Shown here one piece after another: positions 37,662 to 48,298 of a stretch of DNA of 64,000 nucleotides. The translations under genes were made by a program, and so were the position numbers. Under the pieces are notes generated by a model that was given only the letters and a program-made list of their open reading frames with translations, searched no databases and was not told the DNA's origin. This DNA is from Candidatus Bathyarchaeia archaeon (GTDB lineage Archaea; Thermoproteota; Bathyarchaeia; Bathyarchaeales; Bathycorpusculaceae). How positions within the stretch are numbered: the first letter of the stretch is position 1; every line of letters starts with the position of its first letter. The DNA is taken from assembly GCA_049521795.1 (NCBI GenBank), contig JBEKOM010000001.1:576001-640000 (forward strand), written 5' to 3'.

Positions 37662-39038
37662 ATGTTAAGTGCGAGACGCTTGTTCGGCACGAACGGCATC
37701 CGTGGGCTTGTCAATGAAGAATTGACACCTGAAATGGCGGTGAAAGTTGGATGCGCAATAGGCACGTTCTTTAAGAATGGGACTCTCTTGGTGGGCTATG
37801 ATGCCAGAACCAGCGGGCCAATGCTTGAAAAGGCTGTTGTAGCCGGGTTGACAGCAACAGGATGCGACGTGCTTCTAGCAGGGATGGCACCTACACCAGC
37901 GCTGCAGTACGCAGTCAGGTACAACAGGCTCAGAGGCGGAGTAATTATAACGGCATCGCACAACCCGCCAGAGTACAACGGGATAAAAGTTATCTGGAAT
38001 GATGGCGTGGAAATCTCGCGCGAACAGGAAATTGCGGTCGAGGACGTATATTTCAACGAAAGGATCAGGTTTTCGAAATGGAGCGATGTCGGAGAGACGC
38101 GCGACCTGCCTGGAGTAATCGACGACTATGTCAACGCTGTAGAAAAGCACGTGGACACTGCAGCAATATCTCGGAAACACTTCCACGTTGTGGTTGATGC
38201 AGCAAACAGCGTGGGCGCGTTGGCTGCGCCGCGATTGCTTCGCGAACTAGAATGCAAGGTTACAACCATAAACGCAAACATTGATGGAACATTTCCCGGT
38301 AGGCCTCCTGAACCCCGCCCTGAGAACCTCAGGGACTTGGCTTTGACCGTGAAAGCCATGAGAGCAGATTTGGGCGTGGCATACGACGGTGACGCTGATC
38401 GGTCCATTTTCGTCGATGAAAAAGGACATATCCACATGGGCGATGAGAGCTTCGCTCTCGTAGAAAAATACTTCCTGAAAGACAACCCGAATGAAGAGGT
38501 TGTCACTCCTGTGAGTTCTTCAAACTTGATAAAGGACATAGCCGACGCGTACAAGGGAAAAATCGTGTGGACCAAAGTGGGAAGCGTCACAGTTGCGCAA
38601 ACCATGAAGAAGTTGAAGGCCAAGCTCGGCGGAGAAGAAAACGGCGGAATCTTCTACGGACCTCATCAGCCAGTTCGAGACGGGGCAATGTCTACCGCTC
38701 TAATATTACAGATAATGGCCAAAACTGGGGAGAAGCTTTCAAGACTAATTCAAGAGCTGCCACAGTACTTCATTAAAAAAGACAAAGTCGAATGCAAAGA
38801 GGAACTCAAGGAAAAGGTTCTGGAAAAGCTGATCTCACAGGTGAAAGAATTGAACATAAATACCATCGACGGCGTCAAAATTTGGTTCAAAGACGGGCAA
38901 GCCATCCTGATCAGACCAAGCGGGACAGAACCTATCTACCGACTGTACGCAGAAGCCAAGACAGAGCGAAAAGCCCAAAAACTCGTCAAAGAGTACACTC
39001 TAAAGCTTAAGAAAATAGTTTCCAGCCTGAACCGTTAA
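37662..39038 (+). CDS. Phosphohexomutase (PMM/PGM/GlmM family)
   Basis: FGTNGIRG, TASHNP, DGDADR, GEENGG, RPSGTEP. Confidence 0.92.
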   Translation: MLSARRLFGTNGIRGLVNEELTPEMAVKVGCAIGTFFKNGTLLVGYDARTSGPMLEKAVVAGLTATGCDVLLAGMAPTPALQYAVRYNRLRGGVIITASHNPPEYNGIKVIWNDGVEISREQEIAVEDVYFNERIRFSKWSDVGETRDLPGVIDDYVNAVEKHVDTAAISRKHFHVVVDAANSVGALAAPRLLRELECKVTTINANIDGTFPGRPPEPRPENLRDLALTVKAMRADLGVAYDGDADRSIFVDEKGHIHMGDESFALVEKYFLKDNPNEEVVTPVSSSNLIKDIADAYKGKIVWTKVGSVTVAQTMKKLKAKLGGEENGGIFYGPHQPVRDGAMSTALILQIMAKTGEKLSRLIQELPQYFIKKDKVECKEELKEKVLEKLISQVKELNINTIDGVKIWFKDGQAILIRPSGTEPIYRLYAEAKTERKAQKLVKEYTLKLKKIVSSLNR

Positions 39039-39070
39039 ACCTCCAATACCTTCTGGGAGACAAGAATCAC

Positions 39071-40450
39071 ATGTCGTTGCCGATAATGAACGCAAAACCT
39101 GAAGACCTCAACACCGTCGAGAAATGCGGAAAATACACCGTGTGCATAGTAGGCTGCGGACAGGTCGGACTTCACCACGCTGCACTCTTCGCCGAAGCTG
39201 GTTTCAAAGTCGTATGCTTTGACGCAGACCAGATCGTGGTCAACAACGTTGCCAGAGGAAGAACTCCGTTTTCACAAAGCGAAACAGAGGCGAAGATAAA
39301 AGAGCAGGTGAGAAAAGGCCGCTTGACTGCAACAAGCGACATTAAGAAAGCAGTCTCCCCGAGTGACATAATCGTGTTCACAATTCCAGTGCGAACTGAC
39401 GGTAGGAAAAAGCCTGACTACTCAAACGTGGAGGGTGTGTGCAAACGAATAGGCTCAAGTCTTCGACTCGGGTCGCTTGTCATCTTCGTGAAGCTAGCTG
39501 GGATAGGCATCGTCGAGGGCACTGTTAAAGAGGCGCTTGAAAACAGTTCCGGTTTCAGGGTTGGTACAGACTTCGGATTGGCATACAGTCCGTTCCACGG
39601 TTTATCCAGTCAGGGTCAAGCAACAACCGCAGACCGCCCCCGACTAGTGGCGGCAACTGAAGGAAAGAGTCTGAACGCTGCCTCAGCCGTGTTGGCTCTA
39701 GTCTCAAGAGGCGGTCTAGAAAAGACTGCAAACATGAAAGCAGCAGGGGCGGCTTCCCTCTTCCAAATTCAGCAAAAAGATGTCGCCGTTGCCCTTGCAA
39801 ACGAGCTAGCCCTCTTCTGCGAGAAAATCGGCGTTGACTATTTTGAGGCAAACGAGCTCTTGGCTGGAAGTGTAAGCAGTCTTCTCGAACCGCCCGTCTT
39901 TTCCAACGAGAACATCCAAGAAGAACCATATCTATTGCTGGCGGACGCCGAGAATCAGAACGTGAAGTTGCGGATTCCAGCAATCGCCAGAGAGATAAAC
40001 GAACAGATAGCAAAGCACGTTGCCAACTTGGTGAAGGATGCTTTGAGAAGCTGTGGAAAAACGCTTAGAAGGTCCAGGGTTTCTCTCCTTGGGCTGTCGC
40101 AGATGCCCAACACAAGGAGCCATCCGAAGAGAATCGTGAAGCAAATCGTACAGATTCTCACTGCTAGGGGGGCCAGGATAAGACTCTACGACCCATACTT
40201 CTCGGAGAACGAGCTGGGCGACTTGAAACCGCTATTCAAGAAAAACCTTACCGAAGCCCTTGAGGCCGCAGACTGCATCGTGATACTCACAGGCCACGAC
40301 CAGTTCAAGCGGCTAGGTCTCAACAAACTGAAGGTCATGATGAAAAAGCCAAGTGCTATTGTTGACTTAGAAAGAGTCGTAGAACCAGCGAAGGCAGAAA
40401 AGGAAGGTTTCATATACCGTGGCCTGGGAAGAGGGGTGTGGACAAAATGA
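39071..40450 (+). CDS. Nucleotide-sugar dehydrogenase homolog with degenerate active site
   Basis: GCGQVG Rossmann fold and full domain layout, but no GGHC or AExxK motif. Confidence 0.8.
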   Translation: MSLPIMNAKPEDLNTVEKCGKYTVCIVGCGQVGLHHAALFAEAGFKVVCFDADQIVVNNVARGRTPFSQSETEAKIKEQVRKGRLTATSDIKKAVSPSDIIVFTIPVRTDGRKKPDYSNVEGVCKRIGSSLRLGSLVIFVKLAGIGIVEGTVKEALENSSGFRVGTDFGLAYSPFHGLSSQGQATTADRPRLVAATEGKSLNAASAVLALVSRGGLEKTANMKAAGAASLFQIQQKDVAVALANELALFCEKIGVDYFEANELLAGSVSSLLEPPVFSNENIQEEPYLLLADAENQNVKLRIPAIAREINEQIAKHVANLVKDALRSCGKTLRRSRVSLLGLSQMPNTRSHPKRIVKQIVQILTARGARIRLYDPYFSENELGDLKPLFKKNLTEALEAADCIVILTGHDQFKRLGLNKLKVMMKKPSAIVDLERVVEPAKAEKEGFIYRGLGRGVWTK

Positions 40451-41394
40451 AAAAGCTAGGCGTAGCAGTCGTCGGGACTGGTTTCTGGGGGAAGAACCAC
40501 GCCAGAGTCTACAAGGAACTGCAGGAGACGGAGCTTCTGGCCGTCTGCGACATAGACGCTGAGAGGGCAAGAAGCGTGGCCGCCCAGTTTGGGGCAAAAC
40601 CTTACACGAGCTTTCGAAAGATGCTTCAGGACAGAAACATTGAAGCTATCAGTGTGGCAACGTGGTCAACGAGTCTTGCTAAGGTAGCGACCGAAGCGGT
40701 GAAAGCTGGAAAACACGTTCTAGTGGAGAAGCCCATGGCTGCAAGCGTCGGACAGGCTGAGAAACTGCTTGAAGCGGCGAAGAAAAAACAAGTGCATGTG
40801 AGTGTTGGTTTCTTGATGCGTTTTATTCCGGGGCTTCAGCACATCAAGAAGGCGGTTGAGGACAAAACAATCGGTGAACTCGTGTGCGCTACGGCGAAGA
40901 GAGTTTCTCAGTGGCCTGAGCGGATCGGCGACGTGGGCGTGGTCAAGGACACAGCGATCCACGATATCGACGTTATGCTGTACCTCTTCAATAAGGACCC
41001 CATAGCCGTTTACGCGAAAACCGGAAGCATGAGGTACAAGAAGTTTGAGGACTACGCGCAGGTTATGCTCACGTTTGAAGGCGGGAAGACCGCTTTTATA
41101 GAATCCAACTGGCTTACGCCTTACAAGACCAGGGTACTCATAGCTACGGGAAGCGAGGCCATAATGAACCTTGACTACATCACTCAGGAGCTGAAGATCG
41201 AGAATGCAAAGGAAACACTGCAGCCGAGATACCCAATGCAAGAACCGCTGAAGCTTGAACTCCGCCACTTTGCAAACTGCGTTCTGGAAAAAGAGAAACC
41301 TCTGGTCACAGGGTTAGACGGCCTGCGAGCCCTCAGAATAGCTGAAGCAGCTCTGAAATCTTCAGCAACAGGCAGAATAATCAAGCTCAAGTAG
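40447..41394 (+). CDS. Gfo/Idh/MocA oxidoreductase (UDP-GlcNAc 3-dehydrogenase-like)
   Basis: GTGFWG, HVLVEKP, DTAIHDID. Confidence 0.88.
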   Translation: MKKLGVAVVGTGFWGKNHARVYKELQETELLAVCDIDAERARSVAAQFGAKPYTSFRKMLQDRNIEAISVATWSTSLAKVATEAVKAGKHVLVEKPMAASVGQAEKLLEAAKKKQVHVSVGFLMRFIPGLQHIKKAVEDKTIGELVCATAKRVSQWPERIGDVGVVKDTAIHDIDVMLYLFNKDPIAVYAKTGSMRYKKFEDYAQVMLTFEGGKTAFIESNWLTPYKTRVLIATGSEAIMNLDYITQELKIENAKETLQPRYPMQEPLKLELRHFANCVLEKEKPLVTGLDGLRALRIAEAALKSSATGRIIKLK

Positions 41395-41408
41395 AAGCGT
41401 GTCCGACG

Positions 41409-41684
41409 CTAGCTTTTCCCGAGGTTGAAGGGTTTTCCCTCTGAAAGAATCTTATCCGGAACCTTCTCCTTCCATTTCTTCAAGAAGGGCAAGTCTTCCT
41501 TCTCTTTCCGCAATTCGTCGGGCAACATTTCCGGAATCTCATCACGAATCGGATACCACCTCAAACATTTCGTGCACACGATCAGGCCTTCAACGATTTC
41601 CTCTTTCTCCTCAAAAACATGCAGCTCAAGCGGGTAGTACTTATCAATCGGACACGCGAGTATGTCCATCAGCTTCTTTTTTAT
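41409..41684 (-). CDS. Trm112 family methyltransferase activator
   Basis: LMDILACP...CTKC...YPIRDEIPEMLP; start uncertain (ATA 41684 after GGAGTGA, or ATG 41720). Confidence 0.85.
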   Translation of the reverse strand: MKKKLMDILACPIDKYYPLELHVFEEKEEIVEGLIVCTKCLRWYPIRDEIPEMLPDELRKEKEDLPFLKKWKEKVPDKILSEGKPFNLGKS

Positions 41685-42077
41685 AATGTCACTCCCCAAC
41701 TCTATTTTTGCCCTAAACATTAAAGCTTTTTCATGAAAGTGGTGATTGTCTGTTGCGCGCGCAACCTGAGGCGTTTCGCGTCGCGCGCTACAGATGCAGG
41801 AACCGACGGGCTACCGCGAAAATGCGCGGTCGCCAAGCCATATTTCAGGGCACCCCTCTGTCTTTTCAACGCCAAAAAACGACCGGGTACCCGAACGTTA
41901 CCAAGTGCACGAGTCTTCAAAGTTCCTCCACCTCCCATTTTGAGATTAAGACGACCAAGCAAGACGAGCCTGCCAGCTTCCACCTAAGGACTAGGTCAAC
42001 AGTACCCTCTGGAGAAAAACCTAGGAGGAGGGGAGTGAGCGTGTCAGACGGGTCAAAACACGAAGCAGGTAATGTTC

Positions 42078-42953
42078 TCAACCTAGCCATGTACGCGCGC
42101 CACCGGGCTTGGCTTTGATGTCCAAGACTACTTGGTACCAGTTTGGGCCAGTTTCTCTCACGACACGACCGAATGGAATCTCAAATGAGGCGCAAATGTC
42201 CAGAAGTTTCTCAGACACTTTCGCCCTAACCTTGTCAACAGCGTCCTCGTCCTTCGCGGCATGTTCAAAATCATAATAGTGCACCCATCCCCCTTTCTCC
42301 CTGAGCGCCAGCAGAGCATAAGGAAGATACTCAAGGGCTTTCGCGGGCAGAGGCATGAGAACCCTGTCAGCCACATGGCACAGTCTCTCTTCAACAACGT
42401 CTCTTGCATCGCCAAGCATCGGGACAACCCTCCCATATGCTCTGTTCACCCTGATGTTTTCCCGCATCTGCTGAACCGCGTCCAGATTAACGTCTATAGA
42501 ATACACCTTTTCGACCTCAGCATGCTTTGCCATCACTATCGAAAAACATCCCACGCCCGCAAACATGTTCACAACCGTCTCCCCATCCTCAGTCAGCCTT
42601 GCAATACGCATTCTTTCATAGAAGAGCCTCGGCGAAAAATAGCACTTCTCAACGTCAACGCTGAACAGGCATCCTGACTCCGTGTAAACAGTAAGCGTTT
42701 TCTTTTCACCAGCAACATACTCCAGGCTGCGAAGCCTAAACTCTCCGTGAACAGCGCCTGCTTGCGCCAAGACGGTTTTGACGTTTTTGTGAACAGCCAT
42801 GATGGCGTCTGCAATCTTTTCAGAATACTTTCTTGATCTTTCTGTCAAGCGCACGATTGCGATGTCACCGACAACATCGTAAGAATTACAGACGCACGCA
42901 GAATCTTGTGGAGAAGGAATCTCCGTGAGCGTTTTACGCAAACGTTTCCTCAA
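42078..42953 (-). CDS. Trm5/Taw2 family tRNA methyltransferase
   Basis: YDVVGDIA, YFSPRL, NMFAGVG, DRVLMPLP. Confidence 0.85.
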   Translation of the reverse strand: MRKRLRKTLTEIPSPQDSACVCNSYDVVGDIAIVRLTERSRKYSEKIADAIMAVHKNVKTVLAQAGAVHGEFRLRSLEYVAGEKKTLTVYTESGCLFSVDVEKCYFSPRLFYERMRIARLTEDGETVVNMFAGVGCFSIVMAKHAEVEKVYSIDVNLDAVQQMRENIRVNRAYGRVVPMLGDARDVVEERLCHVADRVLMPLPAKALEYLPYALLALREKGGWVHYYDFEHAAKDEDAVDKVRAKVSEKLLDICASFEIPFGRVVRETGPNWYQVVLDIKAKPGGARTWLG

Positions 42954-43037
42954 GGCCCGTCATTCCGCGGATAGGATAACAATGGTCGGAAACGTTTAAA
43001 AGCAAAATGGCTTTCCTCAGTACGAAGAGGGAAACTC

Positions 43038-43202
43038 TTGGAAAAGTCGGCAGGCATAGTCTACGAATGCGTTAGATGCGGAGCAAAGGTTCCATCGGAC
43101 GAGTTGGACATGCGCGGCGGAGAAATAAAATGCATCGTCTGCGGCTACAGGATTCTGAAAAAGGTAAAGCCGCCGGTCGTCAAACGCGTTCCTGCCAAGT
43201 AG
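43038..43202 (+). CDS. rpoP: RNA polymerase subunit P (Rpo12)
   Basis: Not in ORF track; MEKSAGIVYECVRCG...IKCIVCGYRILKKVKPPVVKRVPAK. Confidence 0.92.
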   Translation: MEKSAGIVYECVRCGAKVPSDELDMRGGEIKCIVCGYRILKKVKPPVVKRVPAK

Positions 43203-43272
43203 AAACAAAAAAGAGAAGATAAACCAGCTGAGGCTGGCTCAGCCTTGAACGCTAAAGGCGTCACTTGTCCCA

Positions 43273-43569
43273 CTAGAAGATCTCTTTTTCTCCAATCTTG
43301 CGGAGAGCTCTGCCGCGGAGTTTTATCGCCGGTCCAATGACCTCGTCCGGAGGCTTTTCAACAGTCTTCCTCTTTATGGTCTCTCCGCAGATTCCTTTTG
43401 GCAGCAGTCGTCTTTTCACGCAGATAGCATAGGTGCAGTCTGCAACGTTGCACGCGTCTTCAGTCCATCTGCACCAAACACCGTCCTGACGCTGCAGGGT
43501 CGCGTTTTTTGCACACTTGAAGGCTTCACATTTTTGAGAACAAGTTTTGACCTGTGCCAACACATGCAC
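43273..43569 (-). CDS. Cys-rich small hypothetical protein
   Basis: Eight Cys in CxxxCxxFKC...CRWxxDxC...C pattern. Confidence 0.7.
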   Translation of the reverse strand: MHVLAQVKTCSQKCEAFKCAKNATLQRQDGVWCRWTEDACNVADCTYAICVKRRLLPKGICGETIKRKTVEKPPDEVIGPAIKLRGRALRKIGEKEIF

Positions 43570-43662
43570 AACCTTTGATCAGTTCTTTAATAAAACTTCA
43601 TCGTTACGAGTCTCGCTTCTCTCAACAATACTTCTACAGAGTTTTCATATAAACTTTTTTCC

Positions 43663-45741
43663 CTAAGACTCCTTATTTGAACTCTCAGTCTCACTCTTCT
43701 CCGTCTTCAAACGTCTAAACCTGTACACTTCCAATGCCAGAATAAACACGATTGCCAACACAATCACGAGTACCGTGGCGAACTCGCTTGTTTCAACTAG
43801 CAATCCTCCTAGGACTATGTACTTGTCTATTCTGACTTGAATCGTCGTTGAATTCTGGACGGTTAATCCTTGGGTCACGATCGGCTGGGCTGAATCACCT
43901 ATGTACAAAGCAACTTCCAAGGTTCCTCCAATCACGTTGTTGAACGTCGCAGTTCCGTCCCCTTGCGTCGACGGTGCAGACATCGTAGGCTCCCCTTCCC
44001 TCAGCAGTTTCACGTTCACGTTTCCAATGCCCTGACCAAAGTAATCAACCACCTTCACGGAGAGTGTTAAGCCGTAGAAGTCGCATTGCACCAACGTGCT
44101 CTGGTTCTGGAACACATCTACAGTTGTTTCGTTCAGTGTTATCCCGCTCTTGTCGACCACCATTACATAATACCTGCCCAAAGGAAGGTTAAACGTAGCA
44201 CTCCCATTTGCGTCAGTATACTGTGTGTCAAAAAGAGGTTCACCAGACAATTCTTGAACCCTTACTAGCGTGTTATTGAACGGTTGTCCGCCTGACTTCG
44301 TGGCGTTGACCTGCAACGTCAAAGTGGGAAGGCTGACCGTCACGTTATACCACGCCACAGCCGTTTTGTTCACTAGAAGCTGCGATATCGACGTCTCGTT
44401 AAACAGTGTACCGTAGCGGGTTACGTTCAGATCATACTGCAAATCGGGCAGAAGAGAGCGAATTATGGCAGTGCCGTTGATGAGTGTAGTCACTGAATAG
44501 CCACCCGGGTTCAAGGATACTCCAGCATCAGGAATACCTATCTCAGTTCCATTCACGACGTATACGACTTGAACATTTAAGTCGGTGAGGTTGCAGACGA
44601 GGTTCAACGAAGCAGTGTCATTGACCTCTATCTTCAGTTCCCCAACGTTCTCGTTCTGCGCGTACGCCTCGCAAGTGTAGTTTCCAACCTCTAGGTTCAG
44701 AGTTGCCAAGCCTGTTGCGGAAGTTGTTTCATTGTCCGCAACGTTCCCGTTCTCAAGCGCGTTGATGTTCACGTTTGGAACAGGTTCTTCTGCAAGATTC
44801 CTCGCAGTGACGTTGACTGCGAAGCCGGGCACTGTGAAGTTTTGGGTGTCGGGCGGGTTCTTGACAGTGTGTCCAGATAACGAAAAGACATTGACAGTGT
44901 AGTTGCCTATCGATGCGTTTGCGGGCACAAGCCAGTCATAGTTAATCAAGCCTGAAGGATCCGTCAGGTTCACAGAGTTGTAAATGTTGTTTCCTGCTAT
45001 CGTGACGTTGACATTTTCGTTCGGCTCATAGGCAGCCTTGATGTTCACTGTCTGGGTCCTGTGATACTGAGTAGAGTTTGTCAAACCCACTGAGAAAGTC
45101 TGATTACCCATCGTGGTGTTAAACGATACCGCATAGTTACCCACGAAGCTCGTGTTGGCGCCCGCCGAAAAATCGCTTGGATAGTTTGCAATTGCAGTCC
45201 CGTTTCCCAGAGTCGACGTTCCAACGTTAAGCATGTTCACGTACGACACATTGGTCGGAGCTTGAACAGTGACGTTTGCGACATAGGTCTTGCCTGATTC
45301 GCCGCCAGTTATGTTGATAGAAATCGGTATCGAGTCATTTTCCTGTAACGGTTTTGCCATTGCAGGTATGACAAGCGAGTATGACGTTGTAACTGTGAAA
45401 GTTGCAGTGGCGTTGTCATGAGTTGCAACGTCAATGACTGTAACATTGTGGTCGCCTGCAGTGGTTTGAGGGACAATAAATGTTGCGCTTACGCTGCTTG
45501 CGTTGGCAGTGCCGCTCGCTCTGAGGTCTTGGTCAAAATACACATCATAATTGCCGTTCGCCGTGGTCACGTTTGCAGTTACAGCTACTAGTGTTCCAAC
45601 GTTTCCAGTATTAGGGTTCACTCCTAATATCGACATTCCGGCAACCGCTTTGGGCAAGAGTGAAAGGGTGATCAAACCCGATGTCAAGATGAGAATTAAG
45701 CATGTCAATAGTTGAATAGTTTTGAGGCGAGTTTTCAACAA
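43663..45741 (-). CDS. Secreted, membrane-anchored surface protein with carboxypeptidase-regulatory-like repeats
   Basis: Signal peptide, many NxT sequons, repeated TDxNG/TxxxG-A-F motifs, C-terminal TM. Confidence 0.8.
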   Translation of the reverse strand: MLKTRLKTIQLLTCLILILTSGLITLSLLPKAVAGMSILGVNPNTGNVGTLVAVTANVTTANGNYDVYFDQDLRASGTANASSVSATFIVPQTTAGDHNVTVIDVATHDNATATFTVTTSYSLVIPAMAKPLQENDSIPISINITGGESGKTYVANVTVQAPTNVSYVNMLNVGTSTLGNGTAIANYPSDFSAGANTSFVGNYAVSFNTTMGNQTFSVGLTNSTQYHRTQTVNIKAAYEPNENVNVTIAGNNIYNSVNLTDPSGLINYDWLVPANASIGNYTVNVFSLSGHTVKNPPDTQNFTVPGFAVNVTARNLAEEPVPNVNINALENGNVADNETTSATGLATLNLEVGNYTCEAYAQNENVGELKIEVNDTASLNLVCNLTDLNVQVVYVVNGTEIGIPDAGVSLNPGGYSVTTLINGTAIIRSLLPDLQYDLNVTRYGTLFNETSISQLLVNKTAVAWYNVTVSLPTLTLQVNATKSGGQPFNNTLVRVQELSGEPLFDTQYTDANGSATFNLPLGRYYVMVVDKSGITLNETTVDVFQNQSTLVQCDFYGLTLSVKVVDYFGQGIGNVNVKLLREGEPTMSAPSTQGDGTATFNNVIGGTLEVALYIGDSAQPIVTQGLTVQNSTTIQVRIDKYIVLGGLLVETSEFATVLVIVLAIVFILALEVYRFRRLKTEKSETESSNKES

Positions 45742-45949
45742 CAGTTTTCCCTCGCAGTTTATATGAAAGGTGTTAACAACTCTAACGCTGAGACCATTTT
45801 AAACTTTACCTTTGTTTTCTCATGCTACAACGATCTGCCCGCGGCATGAACATTTCGAGCGCAAACAATATGAGCTGTTGTGATGGGAGTTGCCGAAAGA
45901 TGAATTAAGGTCGCTTAGCGATATTACTGCCTAATCTGGGTTGCTAGGT

Positions 45950-47131
45950 ATGATCGATGAGATTCTAGAACTCGTTCAGAGCCATGAAGAGTGGCGTGGA
46001 AAGCAATGTTTGAACTTAATACCCTCCGAGAACGTCATGAGTCCGGCTGTTAGAGCCCTGCTCTCATCCGAGCTTGCACATCGCTACACGGCAAGAGACC
46101 GTTTCTACATGGGCACACGTTTCACGGACCAAATCGAGCAGTACGGTGAGAAGGTTGCGAGGGAACTCTTCAAAGCTGAAACTGCGGATTTACGCCCTCT
46201 CTCAGGCCACATTGCCGACCTGATCGTTCTAGCTAACCTGACGAAACAGAATGAAACATTGATGTGTGTTTCTCCGGATGACGGCGGGTACCCTGGAATG
46301 TGGAAAGACGGCCTAGCAGGCCTCCTTAGGCTCAACGCGACACCTTTCCCGTTTTCGAAGAAAGACATGAACATAAAAGTTCAGGCGGCCCAAGAAATCA
46401 TGCCTAAGGCAAAGCCAAGAGCCGTTATCTTCGGTGCAAGTCTGATCACCTTTCCCCATCCCGTCAAAGATCTGGCCGAAGTTGCACGCGAAAATGGTGC
46501 AATCGTTGGGTTTGACGGTTCGCACGTTCTGGGACTGATCGCCGGCGGCCAGTTTCAGGACCCCTTGAGAGAAGGCGCACAGGTTCTTTTCGGGTCGACT
46601 CACAAGAGCTTTTTTGGTCCTCAAGGAGGCATAATCCTGGCAAACAAGGAAACTGGAGAGTTCCTGAAAGAAAAAATATACCCGGCCTTCGTTGACAACG
46701 CTCACTGGAATCGAATCGCCGCACTGACCCTGGCTCTGGCTGAGATGAGAAACTTCGGCAAAGACTACGCTTTACAACTCGTTCGGAACTCAAAGAGTCT
46801 GGCCAAGAGTCTGCATGACCTCGGCTTTCCAGTTATTTGCAGCCATCTTGGCTTCACTAAATCGCACCAGGTAATCTTGGACTATGGAAACGTTAAAGAA
46901 GCAAGAAGCGTCGCTGAAAAACTCCAGCGTGCAAACATAATCGTTGACTGCGTCATCAGAGTCGGCACTTGCGAGGTTACAAGGCGTGGAATGAAGGAGG
47001 CTGACATGCTGAGAGTAGCTGAATTACTGAGAAGGGTAGTCATAGACGAGGAAAGGCCAGAAGCGGTCAAGAAAGACGTGGCTAAACTGTGCAGTGAATT
47101 CCAGACAGTCGAATACTGTTTTGCTCAGTAA
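45950..47131 (+). CDS. glyA: Serine hydroxymethyltransferase (archaeal type)
   Basis: LNLIPSEN, DGSHVLGLIAG, GSTHKSFFGPQGG. Confidence 0.88.
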   Translation: MIDEILELVQSHEEWRGKQCLNLIPSENVMSPAVRALLSSELAHRYTARDRFYMGTRFTDQIEQYGEKVARELFKAETADLRPLSGHIADLIVLANLTKQNETLMCVSPDDGGYPGMWKDGLAGLLRLNATPFPFSKKDMNIKVQAAQEIMPKAKPRAVIFGASLITFPHPVKDLAEVARENGAIVGFDGSHVLGLIAGGQFQDPLREGAQVLFGSTHKSFFGPQGGIILANKETGEFLKEKIYPAFVDNAHWNRIAALTLALAEMRNFGKDYALQLVRNSKSLAKSLHDLGFPVICSHLGFTKSHQVILDYGNVKEARSVAEKLQRANIIVDCVIRVGTCEVTRRGMKEADMLRVAELLRRVVIDEERPEAVKKDVAKLCSEFQTVEYCFAQ

Positions 47132-47194
47132 AACTCTTTATCTTGCGCGTTGCTGGATTTCCAAAGGTTCACACGGTGTTTAAGAGTGACAGCA

Positions 47195-48157
47195 ATGGAG
47201 ACACTGGCGCCTTCTTCGCTCATTGATGCTCTGAAGAGGCAGAAGTATCACTTTGTTGGCAAGCATTCGGCAGTGAAAAGGTGTAGATGGTTCCATGAAA
47301 CCCTGGTCCACGATAGAGTGTGCTACAAGCAAAAGTTCTACGGTATCAAGACGCATCAGTGCATACAAATGACGCCCGCAGCGTTCTATTGCACTCAACA
47401 GTGTCTTTTCTGCTGGCGAGCTCAAAGCGGAGAACTTCGAGCCTCATGGGAAGAAACAAAAATGCCAACGTGGGATTCTCCGGAAGAGATCGTGCAGGAA
47501 AGCCTCAAAGCCCAACATGCGATCTTGAGTGGATACAGAGGGAACCCTGGAACAAACTGGCAGAAATACGCGGAAGCATTGAGGCCCAAACACGTAGCCA
47601 TAAGCCTGACTGGCGAGCCGACTCTCTACAAACCTCTTGGAGAGTTGATCCAAGTCTTCCACAGGAAGGGGTTCACCACATTCCTGGTTTCAAACGGGAC
47701 TCTTCCTTCCGCTTTGGCAGAACTGACCGAAGAGCCCACTCAGCTTTACATTTCCGTCTGTGCTCCAGACGAAGAAACATACAAGCGTGCATGCCGTCCC
47801 CAGATCTCGCGAGGCTGGGAAAAACTAAACGAAACCCTTTCGCTGTTGCCCAGCTTCAAATGTCCAACAGTAATGCGAATAACGTCAGTCCGCGGCCTAA
47901 ACATGAAAAACCCAAAGGGATACGCTGCACTTATCGAGAAGGCAGACCCGACCTACGTTGAAGCTAAAGCCTACATGCACGTAGGCTTCTCCAGACTTAG
48001 ATTAGATCATGAAGCCATGCCGAGCCACCGCGAGATGCAACAGTTTTCGGCGCAGTTGGCGAGCGAAACAGGCTACAACTTCATCGATGAATCGCCAGAA
48101 AGCCGCGTCGTACTGCTGAGCAGGCTTCAAAACCCGATAAAATTCTGCAACGATTAG
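47195..48157 (+). CDS. taw1: 4-demethylwyosine synthase (radical SAM)
   Basis: HSAVK, CYKQKFYGI, CTQQCLFCWR, SLTGEPT, KAYMHVG. Confidence 0.93.
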   Translation: METLAPSSLIDALKRQKYHFVGKHSAVKRCRWFHETLVHDRVCYKQKFYGIKTHQCIQMTPAAFYCTQQCLFCWRAQSGELRASWEETKMPTWDSPEEIVQESLKAQHAILSGYRGNPGTNWQKYAEALRPKHVAISLTGEPTLYKPLGELIQVFHRKGFTTFLVSNGTLPSALAELTEEPTQLYISVCAPDEETYKRACRPQISRGWEKLNETLSLLPSFKCPTVMRITSVRGLNMKNPKGYAALIEKADPTYVEAKAYMHVGFSRLRLDHEAMPSHREMQQFSAQLASETGYNFIDESPESRVVLLSRLQNPIKFCND

Positions 48158-48298
48158 ACCGCGTTGCAAGCAATTCATGTTCAAATAGCCTTGAAGTAGT
48201 TGAATGTGTTTCTTTGAATTAAGTGAGAACAAATCTTAAATATTCCCTCGTTCATTAGCCTTGACCTTGAACTGAAAATTGAATCGAGGTGTTAACAA

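Noticed and set aside
41720-42078. GC-rich 360-bp intergenic region as RNase P or SRP RNA
   Set aside because: GAGGAACTTTG only loosely resembles the P4 motif; no matching 3' P4 strand and no SRP helix 8 motif found.
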